Shown piece by piece: positions 1 to 10,416 of a stretch of DNA of 64,000 nucleotides. A program made the translations under genes and the position numbers. The number at the start of each line of letters is the position of its first letter. Within the stretch, counting starts at the first letter, position 1. The DNA comes from Parcubacteria group bacterium (GTDB taxonomy: Bacteria > Patescibacteriota > Minisyncoccia > Moranbacterales > UBA11712): the NCBI GenBank assembly GCA_041659685.1, contig JBAZXV010000003.1, positions 2,040 through 66,039 of the forward strand, in the 5' to 3' direction. The notes under the pieces were generated by a model. It saw only the letters and a program-made list of their open reading frames with translations. It had not been told where the DNA came from and searched no databases.

Positions 1-447
1 TACGGCATTTTGTAAAAGCCTTTCAAACACGGCCGCGGCAGTGGCGAACGTGGCAGAGACAAAAGTAGCCAGGGTGCCCACGACAACAAAGCCCGCCGGA
101 TCGTCATCCTTGTTATGAAATATTCTTATGTAAAGCACTGCCGCAATAATTAAGACGCTAAGTATGATTGCAGAGTATTTTATTGTCCGCAAAGCTTTCA
201 CAGAGCTTAGTGAAAATACTTTATTTTGCCCGATGAATCCCAGCAGTTTAAACGCTTGATACAGCGCCACAAAAAATGGGACAGACGCTAAGTACATATA
301 TGCTATTAACGGATCCCGGTAGATGCTAAACAGGTCTAGGTTTGCGGCTCTCCCCTCGGTCAAGGGAAACCGAATCATGGCGGCAAGTGTTCCGATCCCG
401 ATAAGTGAAATTACTATCCTTAGAAATATAATTGAACCTCGTTTCAT
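1..447 (-). CDS. DUF2975 family membrane protein (3' end runs off the window)
   Basis: Manual translation from ATG at 447: MKRGSIIFLRIVISLIGIG...PFFVALYQAFKLL..IGQNKVFS..SVKALRTIK...DDDPAG, typical of DUF2975. Not in the ORF track. Confidence 0.8.
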   Translation of the reverse strand, partial: MKRGSIIFLRIVISLIGIGTLAAMIRFPLTEGRAANLDLFSIYRDPLIAYMYLASVPFFVALYQAFKLLGFIGQNKVFSLSSVKALRTIKYSAIILSVLIIAAVLYIRIFHNKDDDPAGFVVVGTLATFVSATFATAAAVFERLLQNAV

Positions 448-820
448 AGATGGCTTTTTATATTATTAATAACTTCAGTTTAATCTATCGCTTATCGTTT
501 GTCAATATCTTTTTATCGTTTTACCTATACCGCGAAACTAAGCAAGTGAAAGCTACCCCAACATTCAATGTTGGGAAAATATTAAGAAAACTAACCCACC
601 CCCAGCGAGAAACCCGTCTGCACCATCGGTGGGTTTTCTTTTTTGGCTCAACACAAAAGGCAATTTTTCGCTTTTAATATGCCTCTTTCTATTTTTCAGT
701 ATTTGACAAGGGGAAAAAATTTTGCTTCAATACCATGTCCAACTGGACACCAATTCTGTTCCTACAACCCCAAACTAACCGCGCCCAAATATTCACGACC
801 CAATAAGGAGAAAGTCAGAA

Positions 821-1801
821 ATGAAAAAGGTTACATACGGCGTTGCTGGCTGTGGCGAACATGCGCTTCGGGCGCATGTTCTTCCGGGAAAAGATATTCC
901 GGAGCTCGAACTGAATGGCATTTGCGACATCAATCCGGACAACCTTGCCCGTTTTTGCGAAAATTTCGGAGGCGGCCTGACGAGTTACAGCAGCATCGAA
1001 AAACTGCTGGCCGCACCGGACCTCGACGCGGTTCTGATTGCCACGCCGGACGAGTTCCATCTCGAGCAGCTGCGTTTGGCGATCGGCGCCGGAAAGCACG
1101 TATTGATCGAAAAGCCGCTGGCCGTCAAACACGCCGACCTCGAAGACCTGGATTGTCTCCTTCGTTTGGCGGCTTCTCGCGGCCTCGTCGTCACTACCTG
1201 CCATCCGCGGCGCTTTGACCCGCCGTTTACGTGGATTAAAAACCGAATGGGGACCGCCATCGAGGAGCTCGGACCGGTCGCCTCATTCAATTTCGATTTC
1301 TCCTACCACCGGCCCGAAGCCGCGTGGAAAGCCAGCCGGAGTTTGCTGCTGGATCATCTCAACCATGAGATTGATCTGGTGCACTATATTCTCGGCATCA
1401 CATCTTTCGATGCGGAAATGGTCTCTGATTCGTTCGACCATTACCGTGTCACGGGACAGCGGGACGACGGAATCTTCCTGAATTTCCACGGCACTCGCCG
1501 TTTGGAAAGCAAGGTCTATCTCGAGTCGCTGGTCCTTCGCCACGACCGCGGCGAAATAAGGATCGATGCCCACTCCGGTTCCGCCGTAATAGCCAACCAT
1601 GAAACCGGTGAAACCCATGTCCGGGACTGTGGGATGACCGACTATTATATCCGGTCTCTCCGCATCATGCGGAATTTTGTGGAAACGATCCAAGGCGTCT
1701 CCGAGAATTACCTGACGCCTCAGGACCTGTGGGTGAACAACTGGCTGGGAACAACTCTCAAGGAATATGGACACGCCAAGTTCAGCCTGGAGCCCATGTA
1801 A
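821..1801 (+). CDS. Gfo/Idh/MocA family oxidoreductase
   Basis: Rossmann GVAGCG, IATPDEFH, GKHVLIEKP and catalytic DHLNHEID motifs; AAGGAG upstream. Confidence 0.9.
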   Translation: MKKVTYGVAGCGEHALRAHVLPGKDIPELELNGICDINPDNLARFCENFGGGLTSYSSIEKLLAAPDLDAVLIATPDEFHLEQLRLAIGAGKHVLIEKPLAVKHADLEDLDCLLRLAASRGLVVTTCHPRRFDPPFTWIKNRMGTAIEELGPVASFNFDFSYHRPEAAWKASRSLLLDHLNHEIDLVHYILGITSFDAEMVSDSFDHYRVTGQRDDGIFLNFHGTRRLESKVYLESLVLRHDRGEIRIDAHSGSAVIANHETGETHVRDCGMTDYYIRSLRIMRNFVETIQGVSENYLTPQDLWVNNWLGTTLKEYGHAKFSLEPM

Positions 1802-1830
1802 GGTTCGAATTGACTCAAAGGAGACACTCA

Positions 1831-1871
1831 GCGGCGGTGAGAAATCAGCTTTACCTCTCACCGCCGTTTTT
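1831..1871 (+). terminator. Rho-independent terminator
   Basis: Stem GCGGCGGTGAGA...TCTCACCGCCGT followed by a T run, downstream of the oxidoreductase. Confidence 0.65.
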
Positions 1872-1976
1872 CTATCCTGAAAAAATTTTCTGAGAATATT
1901 TAAATTTCTTCCCAACCAAAAATTAGAATTTAATAAAACGCCCTGAACGGGCGGCTTTCTGTTTTCATGCCTAGGC

Positions 1977-2004
1977 TTGCCCGGAAAAACAGGAGTGATA
2001 AGAT
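1977..2004 (+). promoter_or_regulatory. Repeated sigma70-like promoter (TTGCCC-N16-TAAGAT, extended TGn). Related copies at 3193, 4590, 5665, 6623, 7946, 36543
   Basis: Conserved block CTTGCCCGAAA..GAGGAGTG(A/G)TAGGAT recurs, usually just upstream of the 24-bp palindrome. Confidence 0.6.
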
Positions 2005-2058
2005 TAAGAAATGAAATAGAGGCTTCTGCGGAGGCTTTTGTCCCCTATCGAAAAATAT

Positions 2059-3186
2059 ATGAAAAAGGAACCAACAATTGAAAATTTGGGCTGGGATGCC
2101 TTTTTTGAAGCGGGCCGGGCGAAGCTTGGACTGGGCGCTTTTCGGGTTGCGCGGGTGATTGCCGAACATCGAGGCGCCTATAAAGTCAAAAATGCCGAGG
2201 GTGAATATTTGGCCAGAATAACCGGTAAACAAATTTTCGACGCGAAATCGCGGGAAGATTATCCGGCCGTCGGCGATTGGGTCGCCATTTCCGAAGCTGG
2301 CGGGCGGCAGGCCGTCATCCGGGCAGTTTTGCCGAGAAAGACAATAATCAAAAGAAAGTATGGCGATAAAAATAAAACTGGTGAAAAAGATGAAACTCAA
2401 ATCATCGCCACGAATATTGATGTGGCGTTTGCCGTCGAATCGGTCGACCGGGACTATAACCTGAACCGCCTGGAAAGATATTTTGCCATCGCCCGGGACG
2501 GCGGAATAAATCCTGCCGTAGTACTCAATAAAATAGATTTGATTTCCAGTGAAGAATTAAACTCAAAGCTTGTCCAAATAAAAAACAGGTTCAAAAATAT
2601 TGATGTCATTCCTGCCAGCGCTTTCAATGACGAAGGACTGGCTGATTTGAAAGGATATTTAAAAAAAGAAAAAACCTATTGCTTCCTCGGCTCGTCGGGT
2701 GTCGGAAAATCATCCCTCATCAACAAACTGCTGGGAGAAGATATCCTAAAAACCGAAAATATCGGGGAACGTTCCGGCAGGGGCAAACACGCGACAACCG
2801 GCCGGGAAATGTTTTTCTTACGGGAGGGCCCCGACGCTACGGCCGGGGCAGGCGCCATTGTGATTGATAATCCCGGAGTGCGAGAAGTGGGAATGACGGA
2901 CACAGGCGCCGGAGTCGGCGATGTATTTCAGGAAATAACCGCTCTCGGAAGAGACTGCAAATATGCCGATTGCACGCACGTCCATGAACCGGGCTGCGCG
3001 GTTCTCGGCGCAGTCAAAGCGGGCCGGCTGGATGAAAGCCAATACGCGAATTATATCAGCCTCAAAAAAGAAGCTGAGCATTTTGAAATGACCGGATTTG
3101 AGAAAAAAGAAAAAAACCGCCAGTTCGGAAAGTTTTTGAAAAAAGCGAAAAAGGAATTGAGAGACGCTGGACATAAGGATTATTGA
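2059..3186 (+). CDS. rsgA: Ribosome small subunit-dependent GTPase A
   Basis: OB-fold PAVGDWV, NKID, GSSGVGKSS, GKHATT, DNPG, and Zn finger CKYADCTHVHEPGC. Confidence 0.95.
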   Translation: MKKEPTIENLGWDAFFEAGRAKLGLGAFRVARVIAEHRGAYKVKNAEGEYLARITGKQIFDAKSREDYPAVGDWVAISEAGGRQAVIRAVLPRKTIIKRKYGDKNKTGEKDETQIIATNIDVAFAVESVDRDYNLNRLERYFAIARDGGINPAVVLNKIDLISSEELNSKLVQIKNRFKNIDVIPASAFNDEGLADLKGYLKKEKTYCFLGSSGVGKSSLINKLLGEDILKTENIGERSGRGKHATTGREMFFLREGPDATAGAGAIVIDNPGVREVGMTDTGAGVGDVFQEITALGRDCKYADCTHVHEPGCAVLGAVKAGRLDESQYANYISLKKEAEHFEMTGFEKKEKNRQFGKFLKKAKKELRDAGHKDY

Positions 3187-3477
3187 ATCATTTTGCCGAA
3201 AAAAACAGGAGTAATAGAAAGAAAATAGAGGCTTCTATGGAGGCCTCTAAATATTTCCTAAGGTTAAACTTTAGAAAACGCTAGACTTGACTTTTACTGG
3301 TTAAAAGTGTATCTTTCCAAATCAAATTTAGACATTGATTTTGATCCTGTTTTCCTTCAGAACGCAAGATTTGCGTTTTGCGCGGTATACGGGATCGCTC
3401 CTGCATATCCTGCCAGTCGCCCGGCGGGGTGGTCCTCGCAGACCATCAAAAAAAGTTCTTTGCAAGAGGAGATTACC

Positions 3478-4449
3478 ATGCAAGAAGATTTTATTTCGCG
3501 GATTCAGGGCTTCACTGACCTTCCGGATCGAGGCATGGAAGCGGTTGTTCAAAGAATGGAATACCCTTTCCTGCTTCACGAAATTTTCATTCCTGGTTGT
3601 TCCGCGCAGGATGAAGCGAAGTCCATAAAGGACCAATTGCTCCCTGCTATTTACTTCTATATGGAAAACTGGCTGCCTCTGGCACTCGATAAGGGGAAGA
3701 AGATCCAAGATGTCTATCGGCATTTTTTTGACTTCCCCCTGGATTTCGAAGTGGAAAAAGTATACTTGAAAGTTGTCCAGGGCAAAGAGTATTGCGACAT
3801 CCATGTTCTTCTGAATAATTCCAGCCTCCAGGTGAAGAGGTTCGGCAATTGTCTCGGAATTAGGATAGTCTCTGAGAACTCCAAAAAGGATCCGCATGGA
3901 ACCGGCACGGCAATCTTGGAACAATTTACGAAAAATACTTCCTCGCCGGTGGCAAATTTTTGGCACAGTGCCGATTTCATTGTCCCATTGCTGAGGCGTC
4001 ACAGAGAACCTTTCTCGGTGATTATTGATCTGGATGAGACATACATCCGCCTCGTGAAATCCTGTCCATTCGTGAAATGGATTCCTTTCCCGGAATTCGC
4101 CAAAATCATTGATGCCTACAAGACGAAAAAATCCGTGTTAGCGGGAAAATGTCAGGGCATCTCGATAATGGCGGAATTTATCCATTATACTAACGATGAG
4201 ATTGTGAAGTCAGAGGTGTATCGGAGAGGAAATGTCAGGAATTTCGAGGATTTCCTGGTCACTTTTTCTCGCGGCGATGACCTCTGCCTCAAGATCACGG
4301 CCAATAGCGGCCTTCCGAAGAACAGCTTTTCGACGAATGTCGCTTTGGACCTGGATGTGAGTAATCTGCAATCCGTCCTGAAAGACGTTGCGTCGATGCT
4401 CTATTTTCAATTGTCGGCGCAGACGCTCAACGATCGCCAGAGAAAATAG
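3478..4449 (+). CDS. Hypothetical (orphan) protein
   Basis: Long ORF; ATG at 3478 preceded by GAGGAG; TTGACT promoter near 3287; no recognisable motif. Confidence 0.7.
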   Translation: MQEDFISRIQGFTDLPDRGMEAVVQRMEYPFLLHEIFIPGCSAQDEAKSIKDQLLPAIYFYMENWLPLALDKGKKIQDVYRHFFDFPLDFEVEKVYLKVVQGKEYCDIHVLLNNSSLQVKRFGNCLGIRIVSENSKKDPHGTGTAILEQFTKNTSSPVANFWHSADFIVPLLRRHREPFSVIIDLDETYIRLVKSCPFVKWIPFPEFAKIIDAYKTKKSVLAGKCQGISIMAEFIHYTNDEIVKSEVYRRGNVRNFEDFLVTFSRGDDLCLKITANSGLPKNSFSTNVALDLDVSNLQSVLKDVASMLYFQLSAQTLNDRQRK

Positions 4450-4525
4450 CCGTCAGGCGCGAGAAATTGAGACGTTCACTCCCGCCCGATCGACGGCTTC
4501 CGAGCCACTAGCCCAAAGAAAAAAG

Positions 4526-4576
4526 ACGGCGCGTTGCCTATCGTGGACGCGCCGTTTTTCAATGGAGAAATAATAT
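4526..4576 (+). repeat. 51-bp direct repeat containing a terminator-like hairpin. Identical copy at 6559-6609; diverged copy near 7883-7915
   Basis: ACGGCGCGTTGCCTATCGTGGACGCGCCGTTTTTCAATGGAGAAATAATAT at both positions, each followed by the repeated promoter. Confidence 0.85.
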
Positions 4577-4655
4577 TTTCACCCCTGGCTTGCCCGAAAA
4601 AAACAGGGGCGATATGATAAAGGAATGAATTAGAGGCTTCTGTGAAGACCTGCAA

Positions 4656-4865
4656 AAAAATCGACGCTGAATCCTTGGCAAGGTTCAATCTTAACGAAGT
4701 ATTATTTTCCAAACTTAGCATTTTGATACGGCCGTGGGAAAATGCTAAGTTTGGAAGAAATGAAAATGAAGGAGAAATGCATCAAAGGAATGGCTGAGAT
4801 AGCCATTATTTTGTTCATCTCCCCCGACTTTTCCCGAAAAACAGAGATTTCTGCAGAGGCTTTTA
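4656..4865 (+). repeat. ~210-225-bp dispersed intergenic repeat, second copy at 36376-36600
   Basis: Shared AAAAATCGACGCTGAATC..AAGGTTCAATCTT..TTCCAAACT(T/C)AGCATTTT..CGGCCGTGGGAAAATGCTAAG..ATGCATCAAAGGAA..CTCCCCCGACTTT, ending in a site-A copy. Confidence 0.85.
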
Positions 4866-5005
4866 TTCTGAATTTAAAAAACAGCGCCGAAAGCGTTGTT
4901 TGTGAATTCCCAGAAGCTGATGCGGATTTAAAATAATATTTTTACTGCGGCCTATAAGTCCTCATTTATTTTGAAGCTGCCCGGCGCGACAATCCGCACC
5001 GGGCG

Positions 5006-5479
5006 CTACAGTCCAAAAACCGCTTTTCTGCCCGCCCGGGAAAAGGCGGCAAAGGTATAGAAAAATGCATCCGCCACCATAGTCCCCGCGACTATGCCCC
5101 AGAATAGATCCCCAATGATATGCGGGAAAAATGAGAGGCAAAACGGGCGAATAACGGTAATATCCAAGAATTCCCCTGTCCCGAAGTCACAGATCACATT
5201 TCTGAAACTCCTGAAAAAAATTCCCGGATATGATCGAAGGTTGCCCCTGCTTCCCTTCCCGAGCCGATGAATATAGACGGCCAGCTCTTGAAGTGAAACG
5301 GCGGAGTAGAAAAAAATAAAATCAGCGCCATTCCCGGCTTCCGCGATAACCAGCCAGTGAGCGTTCCTCATTGTGTAGACGCCCCAGGCCGTGCCCAAAT
5401 ACGAGCACAGTTGGCCGAAAAGAAAATTCTTCGACCAGTATTTTGCCGCTTTCCTGGCCGACGAGAATACTCTCTTCAT
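5006..5479 (-). CDS. Hypothetical membrane protein
   Basis: Hydrophobic ORF; GGGAGG upstream of ATG at 5479. Confidence 0.65.
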   Translation of the reverse strand: MKRVFSSARKAAKYWSKNFLFGQLCSYLGTAWGVYTMRNAHWLVIAEAGNGADFIFFYSAVSLQELAVYIHRLGKGSRGNLRSYPGIFFRSFRNVICDFGTGEFLDITVIRPFCLSFFPHIIGDLFWGIVAGTMVADAFFYTFAAFSRAGRKAVFGL

Positions 5480-5753
5480 TTCCCCTCCCATGGCCTCTTA
5501 TTGAGAGGCAATCAGAATATTTTTTCTCCCGTGTTTAAAGGAACTTCTTTCTTATTCTCCGCTTCAACTGATTTGGCAGGCTACACCTAAAAATGCCTTC
5601 TGTCAATCTGGTTTACGCTCATTTGCCTCTCGCGGATGGTTTTTGTGTTTTTTCCACCCCGCCCTTGCCCGAAATACGAGGAGTGATAGGATGAAATAAA
5701 TGATTTTAAGGTTCAACCTTAGCGAGGCGTTATTTTTAAGTAATTTATTCTTT

Positions 5754-6536
5754 ATGGGCGATCATCTCAAAAAAATTTCGAAACTGAAAAAATTAAATTT
5801 TGCGGCAAGGCAAAATTTTCATTTTGATAAAAAAAGAGCTGAGAAGTATGAAAACGCTCATGATTACAGGACGAGAACTTTTGATTGGATGGCTAAAACA
5901 ATCAGACCCTGTTTAGCCCAAGCTGAATCCGCCCTTGATGTAGGAACTGGTACCGGCGACTTGGTGAGATCAATAAAAATAAAGGGCGTTTTTACCGGCT
6001 TGGATGTCTCAAAGAATATGTTGGATGTCGCAAGAAAAAAGTGCTCTCATGGCAATTTTGTTCTTGGCAACGCCTATTCCCTGCCCTTCGATGACGAAAG
6101 TTTTGAAGTGGTGATCTACAAATATGCCCTGCATCATCTCAAAAGGCCCTTAAACTCGCTTATCGAGGCATTCAGAGTCATGAAGAATAATGGCCAAGTT
6201 ATCATTGCAGATGTGGCATCGTTTAAAAATAAATCGCATCACTCTATTTTCAAAAAGCTAAACAGCCTCAGGGAGCCGGCGAATTACGAATATCGAACCA
6301 TCGAAACAATACTCAGATTATTGGATAAAGCTGGTTTCAAAAAAGCCAGGATCGTAAAAAAGGATTTTAATTTGATTTTAGAAGATTGGCTGAATCATTT
6401 CTATGAACCTGAAAAAACAATAAACCTGGTCTTAGATTCGCCGATCTCATTCAAAGAGGTTATAAGGTTGAAATCTTTATCGAACCAAAAACATCAAATA
6501 ACACTTACATCCTTTGTCGTTACGGCAAAAAAATAA
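5754..6536 (+). CDS. Class I SAM-dependent methyltransferase (UbiE/Methyltransf_11-like)
   Basis: ALDVGTGTG, GLDVSKNML, LPFDDESFEVV and ALHH motifs. Confidence 0.9.
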   Translation: MGDHLKKISKLKKLNFAARQNFHFDKKRAEKYENAHDYRTRTFDWMAKTIRPCLAQAESALDVGTGTGDLVRSIKIKGVFTGLDVSKNMLDVARKKCSHGNFVLGNAYSLPFDDESFEVVIYKYALHHLKRPLNSLIEAFRVMKNNGQVIIADVASFKNKSHHSIFKKLNSLREPANYEYRTIETILRLLDKAGFKKARIVKKDFNLILEDWLNHFYEPEKTINLVLDSPISFKEVIRLKSLSNQKHQITLTSFVVTAKK

Positions 6537-6695
6537 ATTGCCAATAAAATTTATCGATACGGCGCGTTGCCTATCGTGGACGCGCCGTTTTTCAATGGAG
6601 AAATAATATCTCCTCTCCCCCCTTGCTCGAAAAACGAGAAGTGGTAGGATAAATGGATAAATAAAGAGAGACTTCTATAAAAAATTAACAAAGTA

Positions 6696-7193
6696 ATGAA
6701 AAAAATTTTAGTCACAGGAAATGCCGGCGCCGGAAAAAGCACTTTTAGTCAAAAGCTTGGGGAAAAGTTGAAAATGGAAGTGCATGGTCTCGACAAAATT
6801 GTTTGGCGGCCGGGCTGGAAAAAAACTCCCGACAATGAAAAGAAAGAACTGATCAAAAAGATTACGGACGGAGAAGAGTGGATTATAGACGGTGTGTCTC
6901 AAGATGTTTTCAATGAAGCGGAGGTTGTCATCTTTTTAGATTTTCCAAAGAGAGTTTGTTATTGGAGAGTATTTAAGCGCAATTGGAAATATTTATTTTC
7001 TTCGCGACCGGGGCTTCCAGAAAATTGCCCCGAAATATTGATCATGAAACGGCTCGCGCTGATCATCTGGAAATTTCACAAAAATTATCGTCCGAACCTA
7101 TTGTCCGAAATGAAAAAGCATGAGCAAGCCAAAATAATAGTCCATATTAATTCAAATAAACTGCTGGAGGATTTTCTCTCGCAGGCCGGTTAA
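6696..7193 (+). CDS. FlaR/topology-modulation family P-loop kinase
   Basis: GNAGAGKST, LDKIVWRPGW, WIIDG, CPE motif. Confidence 0.85.
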   Translation: MKKILVTGNAGAGKSTFSQKLGEKLKMEVHGLDKIVWRPGWKKTPDNEKKELIKKITDGEEWIIDGVSQDVFNEAEVVIFLDFPKRVCYWRVFKRNWKYLFSSRPGLPENCPEILIMKRLALIIWKFHKNYRPNLLSEMKKHEQAKIIVHINSNKLLEDFLSQAG

Positions 7194-7397
7194 TTTTCAA
7201 TAAGATCCGAGGCATATTCCTCAAATAAATCTTCAAAAGCAAGGTTTTATGCCTTGTTTTTTGTTTTCTGGTTAAACTTGACTTAATTATAAAAATATGC
7301 TTAAATATAGTGTTATCTTCCCATTCGGGAGGCTAGCCTCTGCCATAAGCAAATATGGTATTATCCCAATACAATAATAATCCCGGAGGGTAATTCC

Positions 7398-7838
7398 ATG
7401 AACTGGAAACTGAAATTAGTCTGCAGCTGGGCATTGGTTCTTTCATTGTTTGTAACAATCATCCTGCATTGCACCATCTTTATGGTCACCGCAATGGGGC
7501 TGCAGGAAGGTAGTTATTGGGAAACACGCACCGGCGAAATTCGGGGTGAAACCGTCGACTATCGCGTCGAGCTTCGGCAGCTGATCGCCAAAAAGTGTAT
7601 CCGATACGGATATGAACTTCGGGTTATCAGCCAGGTGATCGAGCTCGTTCCCAAAGGCGGGTCCGGCGAAACTATTGTCGGACACGACTTCGAAGGCAAC
7701 GGCTCCTGGAAGCTGGCTGTCTATCATGAGGCAACTGAAGTTCCTGGGAGTAAATTTTCGGCCATCAACGGTGCCATCGAGGCCCGGAAATTGATCGGCC
7801 AAGCTGTAAAAATTCTGCCTGCCCAGCCCCTGATCTAA
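7398..7838 (+). CDS. Hypothetical protein with N-terminal TM/signal segment
   Basis: GGAGGG RBS, own TTGACT promoter near 7278, terminator near 7883. Confidence 0.65.
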   Translation: MNWKLKLVCSWALVLSLFVTIILHCTIFMVTAMGLQEGSYWETRTGEIRGETVDYRVELRQLIAKKCIRYGYELRVISQVIELVPKGGSGETIVGHDFEGNGSWKLAVYHEATEVPGSKFSAINGAIEARKLIGQAVKILPAQPLI

Positions 7839-8102
7839 GGGCAAGAAGTTCTGGATAAGAATTATGCACTTTCGAAAAAAGAACAGCGCGCTGCCTATTC
7901 GGACGCGCTGTTTTCATTTGCCGAAATTCTATTTCACTCCCGCCCTCGCCCGAAATATGAGGAGTGGTAGGATAAAAGGAATAGAGGCTTCTATAGAGGC
8001 CTCTGAATTTTTACCAGGATGATTCATCTATCAACTGCCGAAATATTGCTTGATTTTCAAGGCAAAAGAGAGTAGTTTGAGAAAAACCGTCAGCACAAAC
8101 CT

Positions 8103-9065
8103 ATGGCTCAAAAATCAAGCCTTCTGGCCATTCTCAAGGCAATCATCATGGTTATCTTCCTACCGATTACTTTGATTTGGATTGTTTGGAAAAAGACCGA
8201 CTGGGAAAAAAGAAACAAATGGATCGCAACCGCCGCTGTCGTGGTTGTTTTTTTGTTCATGATCCCGTCCGATGAGAAAAAAGATCCTGTTGAGCAAAAA
8301 GCGGCTACGCAAGCAGAAAATCAAGTCCGAAGCGAGAATCAATCAACTGAAACTGTTGCGACAGAAGTGGAGCAACTTGCCGGCGATCAGAAAGAAGAAA
8401 TGCAAAAACCGGAAGGAGAAATATTCAAAGTGGCTCACGTTGTTGACGGCGACACAATCAAACTCGAGAACGGCCAAGTGGTGCGATATATTGGAATTGA
8501 TACTCCGGAAACAGTCGATCCCAGAAAACCGGTGCAATGTTTTGGAAAGGAAGCGAGCTCCAAAAACAAAGAGCTGGTCGAAGGAAAAGAGGTGAGGCTC
8601 GTGAAAGATGTTTCCGAAACTGACAAATATGACCGGCTTCTCCGGTATATTTATGTCGGTGATATTTTCGTGAATGATTATCTCGCGCGAAACGGCTTTG
8701 CCAAATCTTCGACTTATCCGCCGGATGTGAAATATCAGGAACAATTCAAAAAAGCCGAAGAAGAAGCGAGAATCAATAAGCGGGGCCTATGGGCCGAAGG
8801 CGCTTGTCAAACCGAAACCGCACCCGAGGAAAAAACTCCAGCCTCATCCCCCGCCCCGTCGACCCAGGCTCCGGCACCAGCGAGCGTGACCGCACCCGTT
8901 CAATCGACGACTCCAAGCTCAACCGGAACTTTTGCCTGCAACTGCTCGAAAACCTGTCCTCAAATGAGCTCCTGCGCCGAAGCTCAATATCAGCTCAATG
9001 TCTGCGGCTGCACGAGAAGAGACGCCGACCACGACGGCATCGCCTGCGACGCGGATTGCCAGTGA
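8103..9065 (+). CDS. Membrane-anchored thermonuclease (SNase) with C-terminal Excalibur-like Cys/Ca-binding domain
   Basis: VVDGDTI, RYIGIDTPE, DKYDRLLRY, RGLW; C-terminal CPQMSSCAEAQ...DADHDGIAC. Confidence 0.9.
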   Translation: MAQKSSLLAILKAIIMVIFLPITLIWIVWKKTDWEKRNKWIATAAVVVVFLFMIPSDEKKDPVEQKAATQAENQVRSENQSTETVATEVEQLAGDQKEEMQKPEGEIFKVAHVVDGDTIKLENGQVVRYIGIDTPETVDPRKPVQCFGKEASSKNKELVEGKEVRLVKDVSETDKYDRLLRYIYVGDIFVNDYLARNGFAKSSTYPPDVKYQEQFKKAEEEARINKRGLWAEGACQTETAPEEKTPASSPAPSTQAPAPASVTAPVQSTTPSSTGTFACNCSKTCPQMSSCAEAQYQLNVCGCTRRDADHDGIACDADCQ

Positions 9066-9114
9066 TTGATTCCTAAGGGTCAACTTTCGGAGAGGTTAAG
9101 GTTTTGAATAAAAA

Positions 9115-9894
9115 ATGATTAAACGCTTTTTTGATAAAATAATTATCATCATTCTTATCCTTGAAATAAGTTGGTTTATTTTTATTTATTCCCATAATAG
9201 TACTCTTATTCAAGATATTTTAAAAAACATAAAAACGGATGCGTGGACTGCCATAGGGACTATATTTTTGGGCATGGTAGCATTACTTACGTTTTTCTAT
9301 GACAGATATAAAAATAGAAGAGCAAAAGTATCTATGTTAATTAACACCGTTCCGCCTGACTGTCATCAAATCGAACTTACCAATTCAAAAACTGGAGAAT
9401 TTATTTCGCAAAGTATCTATATAAGAATAAGAGTTGAACACATAGGAGGAAATTCTGCCGAAGATGCCGAAATAATGGTTTCAAATTTTTGGATTGTTAA
9501 TGATCATGGGGGGAAAATTGTAAAAAAAGCCTTTCTTCCGATGAATCTCACATGGAGTCATTTTGGCGGAAAAAAAAGGAGCGTACCCCGAGGACTATTT
9601 AGATACTGTGATTTTGGAAGATTTCAACCAAAATATACAAATAATACCCATACTATATTGCGGCTAGACACTGCAGTCCAACCCAATAGAGTGAGCGACG
9701 GTGAAATTCCCAATGTTATCGAGCCCGGAAAATATGAATTCGAGCTTATTCTTAGCGGCGTAAATTCAAATTTCATAAGAAAAAGATGGATTTTAGAGTT
9801 TAAAAAAAATTGGAGCGATGATGAAAGCGAAATGCTTAATGAACATATAATAATAAAGGAGAGAAAATGGTATAATTTTTTTGCGAATATTTAG
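9115..9894 (+). CDS. Hypothetical membrane-anchored protein (AT-rich)
   Basis: Two N-terminal hydrophobic segments; long ORF. Confidence 0.7.
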   Translation: MIKRFFDKIIIIILILEISWFIFIYSHNSTLIQDILKNIKTDAWTAIGTIFLGMVALLTFFYDRYKNRRAKVSMLINTVPPDCHQIELTNSKTGEFISQSIYIRIRVEHIGGNSAEDAEIMVSNFWIVNDHGGKIVKKAFLPMNLTWSHFGGKKRSVPRGLFRYCDFGRFQPKYTNNTHTILRLDTAVQPNRVSDGEIPNVIEPGKYEFELILSGVNSNFIRKRWILEFKKNWSDDESEMLNEHIIIKERKWYNFFANI

Positions 9895-9897
9895 AAT

Positions 9898-10416
9898 ATG
9901 GACAAAGAAAAAATTATTCAGCCACATGCCAGAGGCGAATATGATAAACTTAATGATTGCTATGAGGGGTTAGCTCAAAAAGTGACAGACTCATTGAATG
10001 AAACAGAAATTGGGATTTATTCTGATTGTTTTTTGCTTCATGCTAGAAATTTAATTGATTTTTTGTGCAATAAAGAGAAAAAAGACTATTTCAAGTGTCC
10101 AAAATGTAAATTACATATTTCAAGAGGCTATACACCCGATGATGTGGTTGCATCTGATTTCTTCTGCGATAAAAATCCACCCTCGAAAAAAACAGATATC
10201 CTTACCGAAGCAGAATATGACAGAATTAATAAACAACTTTCTCATATAACCCGTGCACGTTTGAAAGGTCAAATTAATTTTTTTGATGAAAGAAAATTAT
10301 TTGAAAGTATCTTTAATAATATTAAGGACGAATTGAAAAATTTTGATCAAAAAATAAATCAAGAATACGATTCATTGAAAGCCCGAGACTTAAGAATAAT
10401 TGACAGAGAATCTTAA
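9898..10416 (+). CDS. Hypothetical protein, possible HEPN/AbiU2-like domain
   Basis: LLHARNLIDFL and RINKQLSH motifs resemble HEPN-type helical nucleases; CxxC insert. Confidence 0.5.
   Translation: MDKEKIIQPHARGEYDKLNDCYEGLAQKVTDSLNETEIGIYSDCFLLHARNLIDFLCNKEKKDYFKCPKCKLHISRGYTPDDVVASDFFCDKNPPSKKTDILTEAEYDRINKQLSHITRARLKGQINFFDERKLFESIFNNIKDELKNFDQKINQEYDSLKARDLRIIDRES

Noticed and set aside
643-1915. Overlapping or antisense ORFs (643-1218, 1283-1915) and similar shadows elsewhere, e.g. 31298-32212 and 57650-58576
   Set aside because: Shadows of well-supported genes, with no motifs.
4742-4936. 64-aa ORF (and the 68-aa ORF at 36395-36601)
   Set aside because: Both lie in the dispersed non-coding repeat and their frames are not conserved between the copies.
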